A DNA stretch of 64,000 nucleotides, taken from contig NC_092673.1 of NCBI RefSeq assembly GCF_964355755.1, positions 8,742,001-8,806,000 of the forward strand, written 5' to 3'. This document shows, piece by piece, positions 62,639-64,000 of the stretch (positions are counted from its first letter, which is position 1; every line of letters starts with the position of its first letter). The stretch is from Antedon mediterranea. Taxonomy: Eukaryota; Animalia; Echinodermata. Below the pieces are notes generated by a model. It saw only the letters and a program-made list of their open reading frames with translations. It had not been told where the DNA came from and did no database searches. The position numbers were made by a program, and so were the translations under genes.

Positions 62639-63231
62639 ATTCCCCAGTAGCTGCTATATTATGGTGTGCTGCTGCGCTCTGCTGGGGGATTTGGTAAGCC
62701 GAAGATTAAATAGCCGAAGGCTAGATTGCAATGACCAATGTTATAGCAGTTCAAAAAGTGATTCTCCATGGAGAGGAAACCAACAAGATGGCGGCTGCAA
62801 ATCGACCAGTCAGATATGCCCTACGCGGGTACGCACTACTACGCCTGTGTTGAGCCTCCTGCGTGTGAGAACGATACGCAACGCAGCGCGTTAAGCGTAT
62901 AAACGCGATCAAACGCATTATATATGATCCTCGTATACAAAAAATGCTAGATTTATACCAAGAAATTATTCATTCTATTGCGATTAAGAATTAATTTTAT
63001 AAAAATTTTACTGTGCTTTTACAAGAATATGTGTTGTAATTTATATTAAATAATGTTTTTGAACACATTTTTACCATTTACGGCCGCCATCTTGTTGGTT
63101 CCCCTCCTGCATGTTGGAATCACTTTTCAGTCTGGAGTACGCCCTCTAGCTTTTGGCTTACAGCTCACTGGTAAGAACTCAATATGGGACGCGGGCATAT
63201 GGAACGCCTCTTCTGCCTTCAGTTCACATTT

Positions 63232-63650
63232 ATCATGCAGTACACACCAATCGTCATGCAGTACACACCAATGGTCATGCAGTACACAATAGTCATGCAG
63301 TACAAACCAATGGTCATGCAGTACACACCAATCGTCATGCAGTACACACCAATGGTCATGCAGTACACACCAATGGTCATGCAGTACACACCAAACATCA
63401 TGCAGTACACACCAAACATCATGCAGTACACACCAATCGTCATGCAGTACACACCAATGGTCATGCAGTACACATCAATCATCATGCAGTACACACCAAA
63501 CATCATGCAGTACACACCAAACATCATGCAGTACACACCAATCGTCATGCATGCAGTAGCCTACACACCAATGGTCAAGCAGTACACACCAATGGTCATG
63601 CAGTACACACACCAATCGTCATGCAGTAGGCCTACGCACCAATCGTCATG
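63232..63650. repeat. 21-bp minisatellite (TCATGCAGTACACACCAATGG/ATCG/AACA) x ~19
   Basis: Directly visible; explains the repetitive ORFs. Confidence 0.95.
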
Positions 63651-64000
63651 GAGTCAAATATTGCGTAATTTATACCGATACCTATAGACAAAATCGATTG
63701 TCACGTGACGTTTATTAGACAGCTGTAAAACTAAGGCTATTCAAACTTTATACTACAACAACTCCGCTGTCTACTACTACACCGCACGTGCTTTACGTCC
63801 TATAGATTCCAAGATTTCTTTAATAGTTTTGCCAGCCATTTCATTCATAAAGCACGTGCGGTGTAGTAGTATACAATAGTATACCTATAGGCTACTTGAC
63901 TATGCTTCATCAGCTTGGTTTCATGGAATTAGTCAAGAGTTTAAAAACAAATTACTAACCACCCAAAACAAATTAGTTAGATTTATTTCAATCCTTGAAG

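Noticed and set aside
63053-63687. His-rich and MQYTP-repeat ORFs
   Set aside because: Translations of a 21-bp minisatellite that is open in several frames; no splice or domain support.

Overview
AT-rich, intron-containing animal DNA, probably a marine invertebrate (inference only). It holds two convergent host genes. One is an 8-exon asparagine-synthetase-family gene (+, 24337-48593, 539 aa) whose Gln- and Asp-recognition residues are replaced. The other is a 7-coding-exon OS-9 ER lectin gene (-, 62638-51677). Most of the rest is nested mobile DNA, including three Ty3/gypsy LTR elements with resolvable LTRs, PBS and TSDs. Element A (6507-11412) is intact, with identical LTRs. Element B (4107-21404) is decayed. 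Element C (34768-43274) is Gmr1-type (PR-IN-RT-RH) and is split by a Kolobok-type insertion. There are also LINE fragments, MULE-like and Helentron-like non-autonomous elements, tRNA-derived SINEs, Penelope-type hammerhead ribozymes (two inside a perfect 284-bp palindrome) and minisatellites. The top candidate novel system is element B: a ComEA-like helix-hairpin-helix at the start of gag, a PHD finger after integrase, and a TatD-like TIM-barrel ORF with replaced metal ligands in the env position. The second candidate is the divergent ASNS paralog. All family assignments are from visual motif recognition; no searches were run.
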